From: Bacteriovoracia bacterium
GTDB taxonomy: Bacteria; Bdellovibrionota; UBA1018; CAIPTA01
Reading direction: 5' to 3'
Assembly: GCA_050246755.1 (NCBI GenBank)
Contig: JBFWVL010000001.1
Coordinates: 1,184,001 to 1,248,000 of the forward strand
DNA length: 64,000 nucleotides
Positions 25,020 to 36,826 of the stretch are shown here, piece by piece. A program made the translations under genes and the position numbers. Positions within the stretch are counted from its first letter, which is position 1; each line of letters begins with the position of its first letter. The notes below the pieces were generated by a model. The model made no database searches. It was not told the origin of the DNA and saw nothing but the letters and a program-made list of their open reading frames with translations.

Positions 25020-26813
25020 TTAGCCGTCCACGAAACTCTTGAGCAGACGAGCACGCGAGGAATGGCGAAGCTTACGCAACGCCTTCGCCTCGATCTGACG
25101 GATACGCTCCCTCGTCACGAAGAAGTCCTGGCCCACTTCCTCGAGGGTATGATCGCTCTTCTCGCCGATACCGAAACGCATGCGCAATACCTTCTCTTCA
25201 CGAGGCGTGAGAGTGGCGAGGACGCGACGGGTCTGTTCGGAGAGGTTGATATTGATCACGGCCTCAGCGGGGTTAATGATGTTTTTGTCCTCGATGAAAT
25301 CGCCCAAGTAAGAATCTTCGTCTTCCCCGATAGGAGTCTCGAGGGAGATCGGCTCTTTTGCGATCTTAAGAACCTTGCGAACCTTATCCACCGGCATATC
25401 CATCTTCTCGGCGATTTCTTCCGGAGTGGCCTCACGGCCGAGCTGCTGTACTAGCTGACGCGAAGTGCGCACTAGCTTATTGATCGTCTCGATCATGTGC
25501 ACGGGAATACGAATGGTACGAGCCTGGTCGGCGATCGCGCGGGTAATTGCCTGACGAATCCACCAGGTGGCGTAGGTAGAGAACTTATAACCGCGGCGGT
25601 ATTCGAATTTATCCACGGCCTTCATCAAACCGATATTTCCTTCCTGGATGAGATCCAAGAACTGCAAGCCGCGGTTAGTGTATTTTTTTGCGATCGATAC
25701 CACGAGGCGCAAGTTCGCTTCCACGAGCTCGCTCTTGGCGTGGTCGGCGCGCTGCTCGCCCTGCATGGCTACGTCGTAGATGTCCTTCAGGGAGTTAATG
25801 TCTACGCCGGAGGTGTGCTCCACCTCGGTTACGCGGGCAAAGCCCTGCTCGTAAGAAGCGGCCATCTGCTCGAACTTCTGCGCAGTGATGTCTTGCTCTT
25901 TCAAAAGCGTGATTTTCGTACGGTCGTCGCCTTCGCGGTAGGTGGCAACGAGCTTCATGAAATCAGTGTGGGTTTTTTGGTCGTAGAATTTAAGCGTGCG
26001 CTCTTGCTCGCTGCGAATAGTAACCGTCTCTTGGTAGGCGGATTTAATCGCATCAAGGAGCATGTTGATCGTCTTGCGGTTAAAGGAGATGAGGAGGAAT
26101 TGTTTAATTACCTCGTTCTTCTTCTTTGCCATGTCTTTTTCGATCTTCTGCTTATCCTTGGCGGCGATGGAGGGATTCAGGTACGTCGCTTTTACTTTTT
26201 TAAAGTGGTCGAGCTGGCTTTTTAGCGCATTCATCGACTGGAGAAGGCGCTGCTGGTGGGCCTTTTCATCTTCTTCGGAGATTTCTTCGTCCACGCCGCG
26301 AATCATGTCCTTCACGCGAATCTGACCGTCTTGTACTTTTTGCGAAAGACCCAAGATTGCGTCCACGCCGATCTGGCAGCTCATGAGTGCGGAAACGATT
26401 TGTTCCTCACCCTGCTCAATACGTTTAGCAATTTCCACTTCGCCTTCGCGAGTCAGCAGGGAAACGGAACCCATCTTGCGGAGATAAAGTTTTACGGGAT
26501 CAATCGAGCGAACGCTGGCTTCTTCTTCTTTTTGCTTCTTCTTGAGGAACTCGTCAAGCTCCACGCCCTCGTCTTCGTCGTCACCGTCGTCGGCGCCCTT
26601 GGCCTTCACGGTTTCATCCACCTCGATATCGTTATCGAGCAAGAACTCCATCACCGCGTCCACGCGGGGAGCGTCTTGAATGTCTGCGGGAACAAGATCG
26701 TTCACTTCTTCGTAAGTAAGAACGCCGCGAACCTTTCCCAACTCAAGGATTTTTTTCAAAACCTTCGCAGCGAGAAAATCGGCGGCTTGCATTTTTGTCT
26801 TGTTGTCGGCCAT
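25020..26813 (-). CDS. rpoD: RNA polymerase primary sigma factor RpoD
   Basis: [52 protein letters not shown]; GGAG RBS before ATG 26813. Confidence 0.98.
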   Translation of the reverse strand: MADNKTKMQAADFLAAKVLKKILELGKVRGVLTYEEVNDLVPADIQDAPRVDAVMEFLLDNDIEVDETVKAKGADDGDDEDEGVELDEFLKKKQKEEEASVRSIDPVKLYLRKMGSVSLLTREGEVEIAKRIEQGEEQIVSALMSCQIGVDAILGLSQKVQDGQIRVKDMIRGVDEEISEEDEKAHQQRLLQSMNALKSQLDHFKKVKATYLNPSIAAKDKQKIEKDMAKKKNEVIKQFLLISFNRKTINMLLDAIKSAYQETVTIRSEQERTLKFYDQKTHTDFMKLVATYREGDDRTKITLLKEQDITAQKFEQMAASYEQGFARVTEVEHTSGVDINSLKDIYDVAMQGEQRADHAKSELVEANLRLVVSIAKKYTNRGLQFLDLIQEGNIGLMKAVDKFEYRRGYKFSTYATWWIRQAITRAIADQARTIRIPVHMIETINKLVRTSRQLVQQLGREATPEEIAEKMDMPVDKVRKVLKIAKEPISLETPIGEDEDSYLGDFIEDKNIINPAEAVININLSEQTRRVLATLTPREEKVLRMRFGIGEKSDHTLEEVGQDFFVTRERIRQIEAKALRKLRHSSRARLLKSFVDG

Positions 26814-26830
26814 TCGCAATGTCTCCAAAA

Positions 26831-28711
26831 TTATTTCCCTGCCCTTTGGCGCCGGAGCTCAATGAGCTTCACAAACGCTTGTTCGCTTTCTTCCGCGTTA
26901 CCTTCGCGGATGAGTTGCTGTAGATTCGCTTCCTGCCGCCTCAATGCTTCGTCCTTCAGCCGGTGAATTGCCGCGGCCACATCGGGCGCCGAGAGCGCGT
27001 CGTCTGCAGCCACCAGCGCTTCGGCAACCAAATTCCTAATCAGCGGTTGTTCGCGAACATCTTCCCGCAATCGCTGCAATCTGCTTTCTTCGGTTTCGCC
27101 CGGAGTAAGGGGTTCGAAAAGAAGAGCGAATGCTTGCTGAATCTGGGGATCACTCACAAAGGGTAAAACTTCTCCGGATTCATGCTGGCGCAATTCTGAA
27201 ATCCGGGAGGGATGTTTCACAAGACCGCTCAAAAACCTCCGCTCAAAGCCAACGTCTTTCTTAACACTACGTGCTTGAATTTGCCTGCTTTTTTCAATTA
27301 TTGCCGGCCTTTTTTGGAAGCCATTTGCCTCGAAGTTCGGCCCGGAACTTGCTTTCTCCTGGCTCGAAACAAAACCTTTTCTGTAGCGACGTATAGCGTC
27401 CGTCAACAATTCTAGTTCAATGCCGAGCCCCTTCGCTACGCCAGGCAAGCGCGCCTGAATCCACAACTCGTCGCGTAATTTCGCGAGTTTACTGGCTATT
27501 TTGTCGAGAATTTCCGTGCGCGCCTGAAGACTATTGGGGGCATCGGCGATTCTTTTCTCTATCCAGAGGTCGAGGGCGGCGGGTGCGTTCTGCAAAATTC
27601 CCGCCATCTGGAGGGCTCCATCGTCGTGGGCACGCAAAAATTCGTCGGGATCTTTCCCATCGGGAAGGCGGGCCATCAAAAGGGGAAAGCCCTCGTTGTC
27701 GAGAAAAAGGTTCATGGCGCGCTCGGTGGCCGCCTTGCCCGCATTGTCGGAGTCGTAGAGACAAATAACCCGGGGCGCGAGCTTACGCAGAGCGGAGGCT
27801 TGGTTGCGAGTGAGGGCCGTGCCGCAATTGGCAACCACATTGGAAAAACCGGCCTGAACTAACGATAAACAATCCATGTAACCCTCGACGAGGACTACGG
27901 CTTCGAGCTCACGAATCGATTTCTTCGCCTGATCCAGATTATAAAGAACTTTTTCTTTTTCGTAGACGACGGACTCCGGGCTGTTCAAGTACTTCGGAGC
28001 ATCCGCGCCATTTGCGCCGAGCCAGCGGCCGCCAAAACCCAGAACTTCGCCATTAAGGTCCCGAATGGGAAAAATAAGGCGGTTCCGGAAAGTATCGAAC
28101 AAATTCGAGCCGTCCTCTTTGGGCGGCTCTCCGCCCTTGGTGCGAAAAAGCCCAAGCGCGTGGGCCTTGATCATCGGCGCTTGAATTTTCAAAAAATAGT
28201 CGCGCAGGGACGTCCAGGACTCGGGCGCGTAGCCGATGGCAAATCCGAGCATCGATTCCGGGTTGATTCCGCGCTTTAGCACGTAATCCCGCGCGGGGCC
28301 GCCCTCTGGGCCCTCGAGAGTTTCCTGATAAAAACGAGCCGCAAAGCGATTGAGCTTCAGGAGTTGCTTTTTCTCTTCGGCGGCCTGGCGATCCTGGGCC
28401 AGCTGTTCAGGCGTCCGCTTTTCGTCATCAAGCTGAAGGCCCGCTTTGGCCGCCAAAAATTCGATCGCTTCGCGGAAAGAAAACCCCTTCGTGAGCTCGA
28501 TGAAGGTGATGATATCGCCGCCCTGATTGGTAGAATAGCAGTAGAAACCCTGGTTCTCTGGATTCACGAAAAACGAAGGAGATTTTTCTTTGGAAAAAGG
28601 AGAGAGGCCAGTGAGGTATTTGCCAGATCGGCGCAGCTGTACCGTTTCCGACACCAGTTGCACGATGTCGATCGATTCCTTCAGCTTTGCGATGAACTCC
28701 TTACTGGCCAT
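26831..28711 (-). CDS. dnaG: DNA primase
   Basis: Degenerate N-terminal Zn-binding domain ([12 protein letters not shown]), [31 protein letters not shown]. Confidence 0.97.
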   Translation of the reverse strand: MASKEFIAKLKESIDIVQLVSETVQLRRSGKYLTGLSPFSKEKSPSFFVNPENQGFYCYSTNQGGDIITFIELTKGFSFREAIEFLAAKAGLQLDDEKRTPEQLAQDRQAAEEKKQLLKLNRFAARFYQETLEGPEGGPARDYVLKRGINPESMLGFAIGYAPESWTSLRDYFLKIQAPMIKAHALGLFRTKGGEPPKEDGSNLFDTFRNRLIFPIRDLNGEVLGFGGRWLGANGADAPKYLNSPESVVYEKEKVLYNLDQAKKSIRELEAVVLVEGYMDCLSLVQAGFSNVVANCGTALTRNQASALRKLAPRVICLYDSDNAGKAATERAMNLFLDNEGFPLLMARLPDGKDPDEFLRAHDDGALQMAGILQNAPAALDLWIEKRIADAPNSLQARTEILDKIASKLAKLRDELWIQARLPGVAKGLGIELELLTDAIRRYRKGFVSSQEKASSGPNFEANGFQKRPAIIEKSRQIQARSVKKDVGFERRFLSGLVKHPSRISELRQHESGEVLPFVSDPQIQQAFALLFEPLTPGETEESRLQRLREDVREQPLIRNLVAEALVAADDALSAPDVAAAIHRLKDEALRRQEANLQQLIREGNAEESEQAFVKLIELRRQRAGK

Positions 28712-28718
28712 GAAAGCC

Positions 28719-29174
28719 TTAAGGCTGTAACAGCGCGAGCTTCTTTTTCACGGTTTCGCTGATTACGGACCCTTCCGCACGCCCGGCCACTTTCGCGCCC
28801 ACGGCTTTCATCACGGCGCCCATATCGCGCATACTTTTTGCGCCCGTTTCTGCAATGGCCGCATCTACGAGCAAAGCAAGCTCATCGGCGCCCATCTGCT
28901 CGGGGAGAAAGCTCTGGATGAGCTTCAATTCGGACTCTTCCTTCACGGCAAGATCCTCCCGGCCGCCTTTGCGAAACTGCTCGATGGAATCCCGGCGCTG
29001 CTTGGCGAGGTTCATCAAAATAGGAATTACGGCGGCATCGTCCATTTCTTTACGCGTATCCACTTCAATTTTTTTGATGGCGGCCTGGATGAAACGGATG
29101 GCGCCGAGCTTTTCCGCTTCTTTGGCCTTCATCGACGTAATCATGGCTTCCTTGAGGCGATCTTTAATGCTCAT
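28719..29174 (-). CDS. yqeY: GatB/YqeY domain protein
   Basis: KQRRDSIEQF..GGREDL, FLPEQM, DMGAVM; position between rpsU and dnaG. Confidence 0.93.
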   Translation of the reverse strand: MSIKDRLKEAMITSMKAKEAEKLGAIRFIQAAIKKIEVDTRKEMDDAAVIPILMNLAKQRRDSIEQFRKGGREDLAVKEESELKLIQSFLPEQMGADELALLVDAAIAETGAKSMRDMGAVMKAVGAKVAGRAEGSVISETVKKKLALLQP

Positions 29175-29214
29175 GGGCACTCCTTCATAACGGTGAGATA
29201 GGAAATATGGGAAT

Positions 29215-29249
29215 AAAATAAAGAAGGGCAAGACCGCGAAGCCTTGCCC
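29215..29249 (-). terminator. Intrinsic terminator after rpsU
   Basis: Minus strand GGGCAAGG-loop-TCTTGCCC followed by TTCTTTTATTT. Confidence 0.8.
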
Positions 29250-29272
29250 ATACTTATTGTTTACAATCTGAA

Positions 29273-29476
29273 CTAGAAGCTAGGGCGACGGCCTTTTTTC
29301 TCCGAACGCTTGCGGGCGGCCAAAGATTTTTTCTTGCGGCGAACGCTGGGCTTTTCGTAATGCTCACGCTTACGAACTTCGGAAAGAATACCGGCTTTTT
29401 CACAAAGCTTTTTGAAACGCTTAATGGCGTTTTCGAAGGACTCGCCTTCGTTTACGCGAATGGTAGGTTTTTCCAT
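29273..29476 (-). CDS. rpsU: 30S ribosomal protein S21
   Basis: [32 protein letters not shown]. Confidence 0.98.
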   Translation of the reverse strand: MEKPTIRVNEGESFENAIKRFKKLCEKAGILSEVRKREHYEKPSVRRKKKSLAARKRSEKKGRRPSF

Positions 29477-29507
29477 AATTAAAGATCACCCCGCTTTCAG
29501 AGTCCCC

Positions 29508-29536
29508 AACTTAGTGGCTAGGAAGCGAGATGTCAA
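29508..29536 (-). promoter_or_regulatory. Sigma70 promoter of the rpsU operon
   Basis: Minus strand TTGACA-N17-TAAGTT. Confidence 0.75.
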
Positions 29537-29538
29537 TT

Positions 29539-29901
29539 TCACATGGTTTTTACGCTATAGCCAAAGGCCCGAATCCGGCCCAAATCCATCTCAGAGATCT
29601 CGAGATCTACGGTTTTCCCGGTAGGTGCGCCGCATTTGGTAACGCGCATGCGCCCATCCGTGCCGCTCCTAGCATTAAAAACTACCACCCCGGCTGCAGT
29701 TACCTCTTGGGCCGCCGCTTTAGGTGTGAGCTTAGAAGGACTTTCACATTGCTTAGAACCATCAGCCTTAGAAACCCAAACGCGATTATCGCTCTCTTTT
29801 TTCACTTTCACCTCCCAGCGATTTTCGGATTTTTGCACCGCGCTAGTGCAGGCGGCAAAGGCCAGGAATGCCAGGAAAGAAAACAGATAAGAAAAACGCA
29901 T
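29539..29901 (-). CDS. Small lipoprotein of unknown function
   Basis: Lipobox FAAC; GSKQCE and KCGAPTG Cys pair; GGAGG RBS. Confidence 0.75.
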   Translation of the reverse strand: MRFSYLFSFLAFLAFAACTSAVQKSENRWEVKVKKESDNRVWVSKADGSKQCESPSKLTPKAAAQEVTAAGVVVFNARSGTDGRMRVTKCGAPTGKTVDLEISEMDLGRIRAFGYSVKTM

Positions 29902-30086
29902 AGTCCTCCTAGAAATTCAGTACTTGAAGCGAAAAGATAGCATCATTTTGCGGGTATAGGCAAAGCTGGCCTGGGCTTAAAAACGGCGCTATGATCGCCA
30001 AATCCATTTCTACCTATAGCCCCGCGGCCCCGCTTCAACAAAACGGCCGCAATTGGGGCAATACAGAAACGGCTAAAAGAGGAACT

Positions 30087-32387
30087 ATGTCGCTAGAACA
30101 AGACGCGCTCGAGTACCATTCACGAGACCCCAAAGGGAAAATTGAAGTTGTCCCCACTAAGCCCTGCTTCACGGCCCGAGACCTCACTCTTGCCTACTCG
30201 CCCGGCGTAGCAATTCCCTGCAACGTAATCGCCGCCAATCCCGATGCGGTTTACGAATACACCAGCAAGGGCAACCTTGTGGCCGTGCTTTCCAATGGAA
30301 CGGCAGTGCTCGGGCTGGGAAATATCGGCCCCCTCGCCGCCAAGCCGGTGATGGAAGGGAAGGGAATTCTTTTCAAAAAATTCGCCAATATCAACGTGTT
30401 CGATATCGAGCTCAATGCTCCCGATCCCGACGATGTGATCAAAGCCTGCAAAATGCTGGAGCCCACGTTCGGCGGCATCAATCTCGAAGATATCAAAGCC
30501 CCAGAGTGCTTCTACATCGAAGAAACGCTGAAGAAAGAACTGAATATTCCGGTTTTCCACGACGACCAGCATGGCACCGCCGTGATTTCGGCGGCCGCGT
30601 TTGCGAACGCCATTGAGATCATCGGTAAAGATCCCGCCAAGATGAAAGTGGTTTTCTCCGGCGGCGGTGCGGCCGCGATGGCGTGCGCCAACATGTATCT
30701 GAACATGGGCATTCGAAAAGAAAATCTTACCATGTGCGACTCCAAAGGAGTGATCTATAAAGGCCGCACCGAAGGGATGAACCCCTATAAAGAACGTTTC
30801 GCGATCGACACCAAGAAACGCACGCTGGCTGAAGCAATGGAGGGCGCGGATGCGTTCGTGGGGGTTTCCGTAAAAGGGGCCGTTACTTCCGCAATGGTAA
30901 AAAGCATGGCAAAGGACCCCATCATCTTTGCGATGGCGAATCCAGATCCCGAAATTCTACCCGAAGAAATTCTAAAGGTGCGCTCCGACGCGATCATCGC
31001 CACCGGCCGCTCCGACTACGTGAACCAGGTAAATAACGTACTCTGCTTCCCCTTCATGTTCCGCGGCGCCCTCGACGTACGTGCCCGACAGATCAACGAA
31101 GAAATGAAAGTGGCCGCCGCCAAAGCCCTCGCTGCCCTTGCCAAAGAACCGGTTCCCGAAATGGTATCGGCCGCTTACGGTGGAAATAAGTTTTCATTCG
31201 GCCGAGAGTATTTAATTCCCAAGCCCTTCGACCCCCGCGTCCTTCTCTGGGTTGCCCCTGCGGTGGCGAAAGCTGCGTCCGATACCGGCGTGGCCCGTTT
31301 TCCGATTACCGATGTCGAAGCCTACAAGGAAAGCCTCGAGAGCCTGATGGGCAACCGCTACGTGGTGATGCGCACCTTGCGCAATACCGTGAAGCGCGCG
31401 GCCGAAAGCAAAAAATATCTCCCGAAGATCGTATTTGCCGAAGGCGAAAACGAAACCATCCTCAAAGCCGCGCAAATCGTGCTCGAAGAAAAAATCGCGA
31501 TCCCGGTCCTCCTCGGAGATCCCACGCTGATTCGCCAGCGCATCCAAACATATAAGCTCGATGGCCTACAAAACGTGCAGATCGAGGATCCTATTCATTC
31601 CGATAAGACCGAGCGTTACGCCAAAACCCTGCTGCAGAAGCGGCAACGCAAAGGAATGACCCCTGTTCGTTCCGAGCGGATCATGAAAAATCGCAACTAT
31701 TACGGCCCCATGATGGTGGAAATTGGCGAAGCCGATGGCGTGCTCAACGGATTGACCCAGAGTTATCCGGATACCATCCGCCCCATGCTCCATACGATTG
31801 GAACTAAACCCGGCCAGCGCGTGGCGGGAATTTACATGATGATCTTCAAATCCCGGGTAATGTTCTTCGCGGACACTACGGTGAACACCGGAATGGGTGC
31901 CGACGAACTTGCGTCCGTGGCGATCGAAACTGCCAATATGGCTCAACAGTACCTCCAAACGCCCGCACGCGTGGCGATGCTTTCCTATTCAAACTTCGGA
32001 TCGGCCCCCACCGCTTCCAGCCAAATGATGAAGCAGGCCGTGGCGATCGCGAAAAAACGGCGCCCAGATTTAATTATTGACGGAGAAATGCAAGTCGAAC
32101 CCGCGGTGGACGAGAAAATCGCGTCCGAATTCTTCCCCTTCTCCGCTATTCAGGGCGATGCCAACGTGCTAATTTTCCCCAACCTTTCCTCGGCCAATAT
32201 CGCCTACAAACTGTTACAACGCCTTGGCGGCGCCGAAGCGATCGGCCCGATCTTGATCGGAATGAATAAGCCCGTGAACGTAATCCCCACCGGGGCCGAC
32301 GTGCAAGACGTGGTAAACATCGCCATTTTCACTTCGATCGCCATCCAGAATACCCGCGAACAGCAAGCCCAAATAGGACACTCATGA
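30087..32387 (+). CDS. maeB: NADP-dependent malic enzyme fused to a PTA-like domain
   Basis: [32 protein letters not shown]-terminal DGEMQ and IGPIL. Confidence 0.96.
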   Translation: MSLEQDALEYHSRDPKGKIEVVPTKPCFTARDLTLAYSPGVAIPCNVIAANPDAVYEYTSKGNLVAVLSNGTAVLGLGNIGPLAAKPVMEGKGILFKKFANINVFDIELNAPDPDDVIKACKMLEPTFGGINLEDIKAPECFYIEETLKKELNIPVFHDDQHGTAVISAAAFANAIEIIGKDPAKMKVVFSGGGAAAMACANMYLNMGIRKENLTMCDSKGVIYKGRTEGMNPYKERFAIDTKKRTLAEAMEGADAFVGVSVKGAVTSAMVKSMAKDPIIFAMANPDPEILPEEILKVRSDAIIATGRSDYVNQVNNVLCFPFMFRGALDVRARQINEEMKVAAAKALAALAKEPVPEMVSAAYGGNKFSFGREYLIPKPFDPRVLLWVAPAVAKAASDTGVARFPITDVEAYKESLESLMGNRYVVMRTLRNTVKRAAESKKYLPKIVFAEGENETILKAAQIVLEEKIAIPVLLGDPTLIRQRIQTYKLDGLQNVQIEDPIHSDKTERYAKTLLQKRQRKGMTPVRSERIMKNRNYYGPMMVEIGEADGVLNGLTQSYPDTIRPMLHTIGTKPGQRVAGIYMMIFKSRVMFFADTTVNTGMGADELASVAIETANMAQQYLQTPARVAMLSYSNFGSAPTASSQMMKQAVAIAKKRRPDLIIDGEMQVEPAVDEKIASEFFPFSAIQGDANVLIFPNLSSANIAYKLLQRLGGAEAIGPILIGMNKPVNVIPTGADVQDVVNIAIFTSIAIQNTREQQAQIGHS

Positions 32388-32770
32388 AGCAAGTAATCGC
32401 CAGTAAGAATGCCCCCGCCGCCATCGGCCCCTACTCACAAGCTATCGCGGTGGAAGGCGCTAAGCGCATGGTGTTTCTTTCCGGGCAAATAGGGCTAGAT
32501 CCGACCACCGGCCAGCTCGTTACGGGCGGAATTGATGCCGAAACCAAACAAGTGATGAAAAATATCGAAGCCCTTCTCAAAGAGTGCAACGCCTCTTTTG
32601 CCCAGGTAGTGAAGAGCACGATTTTTTTGAAAGATTTTAACGATTTCACCGTCGTGAACCAGATCTACGGGTCCCATTTTCCGAAGGAGCCGCCGGCGCG
32701 TTCCACCGTGGAAGTAGCGCGTCTGCCCCGCGATGCCAAGATTGAGATCGAGTGCCTCGTAGCGCTTTAA
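32384..32770 (+). CDS. ridA: RidA/YjgF family enamine deaminase
   Basis: APAAIGPYSQA, SGQI, PARSTVEV..LP. Confidence 0.93.
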   Translation: MKQVIASKNAPAAIGPYSQAIAVEGAKRMVFLSGQIGLDPTTGQLVTGGIDAETKQVMKNIEALLKECNASFAQVVKSTIFLKDFNDFTVVNQIYGSHFPKEPPARSTVEVARLPRDAKIEIECLVAL

Positions 32771-32872
32771 CCTGCTGAAATCAGCGGCATATATTCATTT
32801 ACATCCCAAAAGGATTCGCATTTATTTTAGCGAAATACCTGTTATCGTGAGCTCCGGAATACGGGAGAAAAA

Positions 32873-33760
32873 ATGGTCGTTTTCAAACCAAAGATTTTCG
32901 GGATCGTGATCAAACATAACGTGCCTAAGGCTACCAAGCTCGCGCTGGAAGTAGCGGCCTGGCTCGAAAAGAAAAAATGTAAAGTTATCGTGGCCGACGA
33001 AGCCAAATCTTTTATCGAAAAGAAAAAGAGCGTAAAGGCTGTTCCCAAAGAAGAGCTCCCGGCCAATTGCGATATGGTGATCGTATTCGGCGGAGACGGA
33101 ACATTCCTCTCCATCGCTCGCCAGATGATCTGGAAATCTATCCCGATCTTAGGCGTTAACTTGGGCACCCTCGGTTTTCTTACCGAAGTAAAAGTCGACG
33201 AAGTATACGAAACGCTCGAAGGGGTGTTGAAGGGCAAATACAGCGTGCAGGAACGCTCGATGCTCGAAGCCTGCGTAAAACGCGGCGGAAAAGAATTGTT
33301 CTGCCTGCCCGTACTGAACGACGTGGTGATCACCAAAAGCGCGATCGCCCGCGTGATCGATTTCCAGCTTTCTCTGAATGGCGTGCCGGTAGCCCTGCTT
33401 AAGGCAGATGGTTTGATCGCCGCCACTCCCACCGGATCCACGGCTTATTCTCTGGCCGCCGGCGGACCAATCGTGCACCCCCAAGTGGGCGGCATGGTAA
33501 TCGTGGCGATCTGCCCGCATAGCCTGAATGTCCGCCCCCTGGTGATCCCCGAAGACGCCAACGTGGAAGTGGAGTTGATGAAGAAGGACGGGGATATCAT
33601 GCTCACTCTCGATGGCCAGTTCGGCTACGAACTCCACCAAGGCGATAAAATCCTGATCACCAAGTACAAAAGGCACTCTCTGCTCGTGGTACAATCTCCG
33701 CGACGGGATTATTTCGAACTGTTGCGCACTAAGCTATCGCTGGGTTCGCGGAGGGAATAA
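32873..33760 (+). CDS. nadK: NAD kinase
   Basis: GGDGT, GVNLGTLGFL, LND, TPTGSTAYSLAAGG. Confidence 0.97.
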   Translation: MVVFKPKIFGIVIKHNVPKATKLALEVAAWLEKKKCKVIVADEAKSFIEKKKSVKAVPKEELPANCDMVIVFGGDGTFLSIARQMIWKSIPILGVNLGTLGFLTEVKVDEVYETLEGVLKGKYSVQERSMLEACVKRGGKELFCLPVLNDVVITKSAIARVIDFQLSLNGVPVALLKADGLIAATPTGSTAYSLAAGGPIVHPQVGGMVIVAICPHSLNVRPLVIPEDANVEVELMKKDGDIMLTLDGQFGYELHQGDKILITKYKRHSLLVVQSPRRDYFELLRTKLSLGSRRE

Positions 33761-35521
33761 ATGCTTACGAGACTACGCATTCAGAATTTTGCCATTATCG
33801 ATGAAGTGGAAATCGATTTTGGGGCCGGCTTGAATATTATTTCCGGGGAAACCGGGGCGGGAAAATCCATTCTCATGGATGCGCTCGTATTGATCCTCGG
33901 CGGCCGCGCCTCGGCGGATTTGATTCGCCTTGGCACCGACGAGGCCACCGTAGAGGCGCTTTTCGACCTCGGTGAAAGCACGAACCTCAAGGAGGCTCTC
34001 GAGCTTCACGGCATTCCCACCGAGGAAGGCGAACTAATTATCCGCCGTATCGTGCATCGCTCGGGAAAGAACCGAATTTTCGTGAACGGCACCATGGCCA
34101 ATATGGCCACCTTGCAGTCCCTCACCGCCGCCCTCGTAGACCTTTGCTCACAGCACGATCAGCAGTTGATCGCGCGCCCCGAAGAGCAACTTCTCTGGAT
34201 CGACCGATTCGGCGAACTAGAGGGCCAGCGGGCGGAAATAAAAACTCTCCACCAAAAATGGCGGGAGAAGAAAACCGCCCTTGATTCTCTGTCTACCGAT
34301 TCCGTTCAGCGCGCCCAAAAGCTGGATTTCCTGCGCTTTCAAATAGGAGAGCTCGAAGACGCTGAATTAACCTCTCCCTCGGAAGACGAAGAGCTTCAGC
34401 AGGAACTAAAAATCCTGGATAATGCGGAAGCCTTATTCGCGTTCGTATCAGAAGCCGAAGGACTCGTGGGCGGCGGTGAAAGCGCTCCTTCGATGCTCGA
34501 TCAAGTAAACGTATTGCTCATGAAAGTAAAAGCGCTGCAGAATTCCGACCCCAAGCTAGCGGAAGCCACGGAATACCTCGGGGCACTTAAAGTACATGCC
34601 GAAGAGCTTGGTTTTTTCATTCGCCGGTATTCGCAAGGTGTCAGCCGCGACGAAGGCCGTCTCGAAGGCATCAATGCCCGCCTCGCGTTACTGGCTAAGT
34701 TGAAACGGAAATACGGCCCCACTCTGGCTGACGTGTTCACGCAGCTGAGCCATTTCCGCCAGGAAATCTCTCTGCTCGAGAACCACGACTCCTCCCTCGC
34801 CGCCGCTACCGATGCCGCAAGAGAAGCTCTCGCGGATCTACGGAAAGCTTCCGAAAAACTTTCCCAGGCCCGCAACAAAGCCGCCAAGGCATTTGCCTCC
34901 GCCGTGGCCGCCGAGCTAGCCGATCTGCACATGGACCGAGCCCGCTTTCACGTGTCCCTGCAGCGCCTCGAGGAGCCGAACAATACTGGGTTCGACCTCG
35001 CACGTTTTGAAATTGCCGCGAATCCCGGAGAGCCTATGGGCCCCCTCACCAAGGTGGCATCGGGCGGTGAGCTTTCCCGTATCATGCTCGCCATGCACAA
35101 CGTGGTATCTACTCGCGGCGATATCGCTGTTTACCTCTTCGACGAAGTGGATACCGGTATCGGCGGAAAAACTGCGGTGGCGGTTGGGGCAAAACTACAA
35201 AAAGTGGCCGCGCACAATCAGGTAATCTGCATCACCCACCTGCCTCAGGTGGCGGCCTATGCCGATCGCCATTTTCACGTAGAGAAATCGGTGAAGAAGC
35301 GCGAAGGCCAGGAACGTACCGTGGCCACGGTGGTGGCGCTCTCCGCGAATGAGCGTGAGCTAGAGCTGGCCCGCATGCTGGGCGGTAATGATCGCGACAA
35401 AGCCGCCCTGGCGAATGCGAAGGCTATGCTGGATAAAGTGAAGCGCCGGCCCGTGGCCAAAGCCTCCCCGCTAGATAAAAAGCCAAAAGGAAAAGACTCC
35501 GTTTCACTGCGTAAGCACTAA
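33761..35521 (+). CDS. recN: DNA repair protein RecN
   Basis: SGETGAGKS, ASGGELSR, FDEVDTG, ITHLPQVA. Confidence 0.97.
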   Translation: MLTRLRIQNFAIIDEVEIDFGAGLNIISGETGAGKSILMDALVLILGGRASADLIRLGTDEATVEALFDLGESTNLKEALELHGIPTEEGELIIRRIVHRSGKNRIFVNGTMANMATLQSLTAALVDLCSQHDQQLIARPEEQLLWIDRFGELEGQRAEIKTLHQKWREKKTALDSLSTDSVQRAQKLDFLRFQIGELEDAELTSPSEDEELQQELKILDNAEALFAFVSEAEGLVGGGESAPSMLDQVNVLLMKVKALQNSDPKLAEATEYLGALKVHAEELGFFIRRYSQGVSRDEGRLEGINARLALLAKLKRKYGPTLADVFTQLSHFRQEISLLENHDSSLAAATDAAREALADLRKASEKLSQARNKAAKAFASAVAAELADLHMDRARFHVSLQRLEEPNNTGFDLARFEIAANPGEPMGPLTKVASGGELSRIMLAMHNVVSTRGDIAVYLFDEVDTGIGGKTAVAVGAKLQKVAAHNQVICITHLPQVAAYADRHFHVEKSVKKREGQERTVATVVALSANERELELARMLGGNDRDKAALANAKAMLDKVKRRPVAKASPLDKKPKGKDSVSLRKH

Positions 35522-35579
35522 GCCAAAATCAAAAAATTTTGAGTCTCTGCATTCGGTAGCACCGGGGTAAGCTTCCTCT

Positions 35580-36779
35580 ATGATTCAGGAAGAATTAGCA
35601 ATCAACGGCGGCCGCCCCGTTCGAGACTCCTACCTAATTTTCGGCAAACCCGATATCCGCGAAGAAGAAATCCAAGAAGTAATCGATTGCTTGCGCTCCG
35701 GATGGGTAGGCACCGGCCCTCGCGTGGCGAAATTCCAGGAAAAAATTAAGAGCTACGTGAATGCCACGCACGCGCTGGCCGTTAATTCCTGCACCGCCGG
35801 CCTGCACCTCTCCATGATCGCGAGTAATCTCGGGCCCGGCGACGAAGTAATCACCACGCCAATGACGTTCGCCGCTACCGCGAACGTGATCGAACACGTG
35901 GGCGCCACCCCGATTTTTGCCGACTGTAAATCGGAAGATATGCTGATCGATCCACACGAGATCGAAAAGAAAATCACTCCCCACACCAAAGCCATCGTGC
36001 CCGTGCACCTGGCCGGACGCTCCTGCGACATGGATCCCATCATGCGGATGGCGAAAGCCCGGGGCCTGAAGGTAATTTCCGATGCCGCCCACGCGCTTGG
36101 ATCGGAGTACAAAGGGAAAAAAATCGGCTCTTTCAGCGATTTCACGGTTTTTAGCTTCTATGCCACCAAGAATTTAGTTACCGCCGAGGGCGGAATGGTT
36201 ACCACCAGCAATGAAGAGGGGCTAGCGAAGCTCGCCACCTATTCCCTTCACGGCATGAGCCGCGATGCCTGGAAGCGCTATAGTGATGCCGGCTTCAAAC
36301 ACTACCTCGTGGAAGCCGCCGGATTTAAATACAACATGACCGATATGCAGGCAGCCATCGGCCTGCGCCAGATGGATCGCTTCGAGGCAATGCAAACGCG
36401 GCGCAAAGAGATTTGGCACCGCTATATGCGGGAACTGCAAGAACTGCCTATCGATCTACCGGCCGTAGAAGATCCCGCGAGCCAGCACAGCTACCATCTA
36501 TTCACGATCTTTCCCCGCCTCGGCGAACTGAAAGCGGATCGAGATACGATTCTCCAGGCCCTGCATAAAGAGAATATCGGTGTAGGCGTGCATTACGTAG
36601 CCCTGCATCTCCATCCGTACTACCAGCAAAAATACGGCTATAAACGTGGCGATTTTCCTAATGCGGAAAATATCTCCGACCGCACGATTTCCATCCCCAT
36701 GGGCAGCAACCTTAGCGATACCGACGTGAGCGACGTTATCTACGCCATCCGTAAGGTGCTCAGCCACTATAAGCGATAA
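35580..36779 (+). CDS. DegT/DnrJ/EryC1/StrS PLP-dependent sugar aminotransferase
   Basis: NSCTAGL, DAAHA, FSFYATKN (PLP Lys), GFKYNM. Confidence 0.94.
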   Translation: MIQEELAINGGRPVRDSYLIFGKPDIREEEIQEVIDCLRSGWVGTGPRVAKFQEKIKSYVNATHALAVNSCTAGLHLSMIASNLGPGDEVITTPMTFAATANVIEHVGATPIFADCKSEDMLIDPHEIEKKITPHTKAIVPVHLAGRSCDMDPIMRMAKARGLKVISDAAHALGSEYKGKKIGSFSDFTVFSFYATKNLVTAEGGMVTTSNEEGLAKLATYSLHGMSRDAWKRYSDAGFKHYLVEAAGFKYNMTDMQAAIGLRQMDRFEAMQTRRKEIWHRYMRELQELPIDLPAVEDPASQHSYHLFTIFPRLGELKADRDTILQALHKENIGVGVHYVALHLHPYYQQKYGYKRGDFPNAENISDRTISIPMGSNLSDTDVSDVIYAIRKVLSHYKR

Positions 36780-36826
36780 GAGACCATTTGACGGGCCGGG
36801 GCGCGGGAGTTACGTTCCGTCCCGCC

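Noticed and set aside
25062-26966. Long + strand ORFs (130, 242 and 236 aa) opposite rpoD
   Set aside because: Antisense shadows of a conserved, codon-biased gene; no motifs or RBS.
28590-28640. DnaG N-terminal zinc finger lacking some Cys/His ligands
   Set aside because: Degenerate LSPF..EKSPSF variants occur in many bacterial primases, and the gene is otherwise intact.
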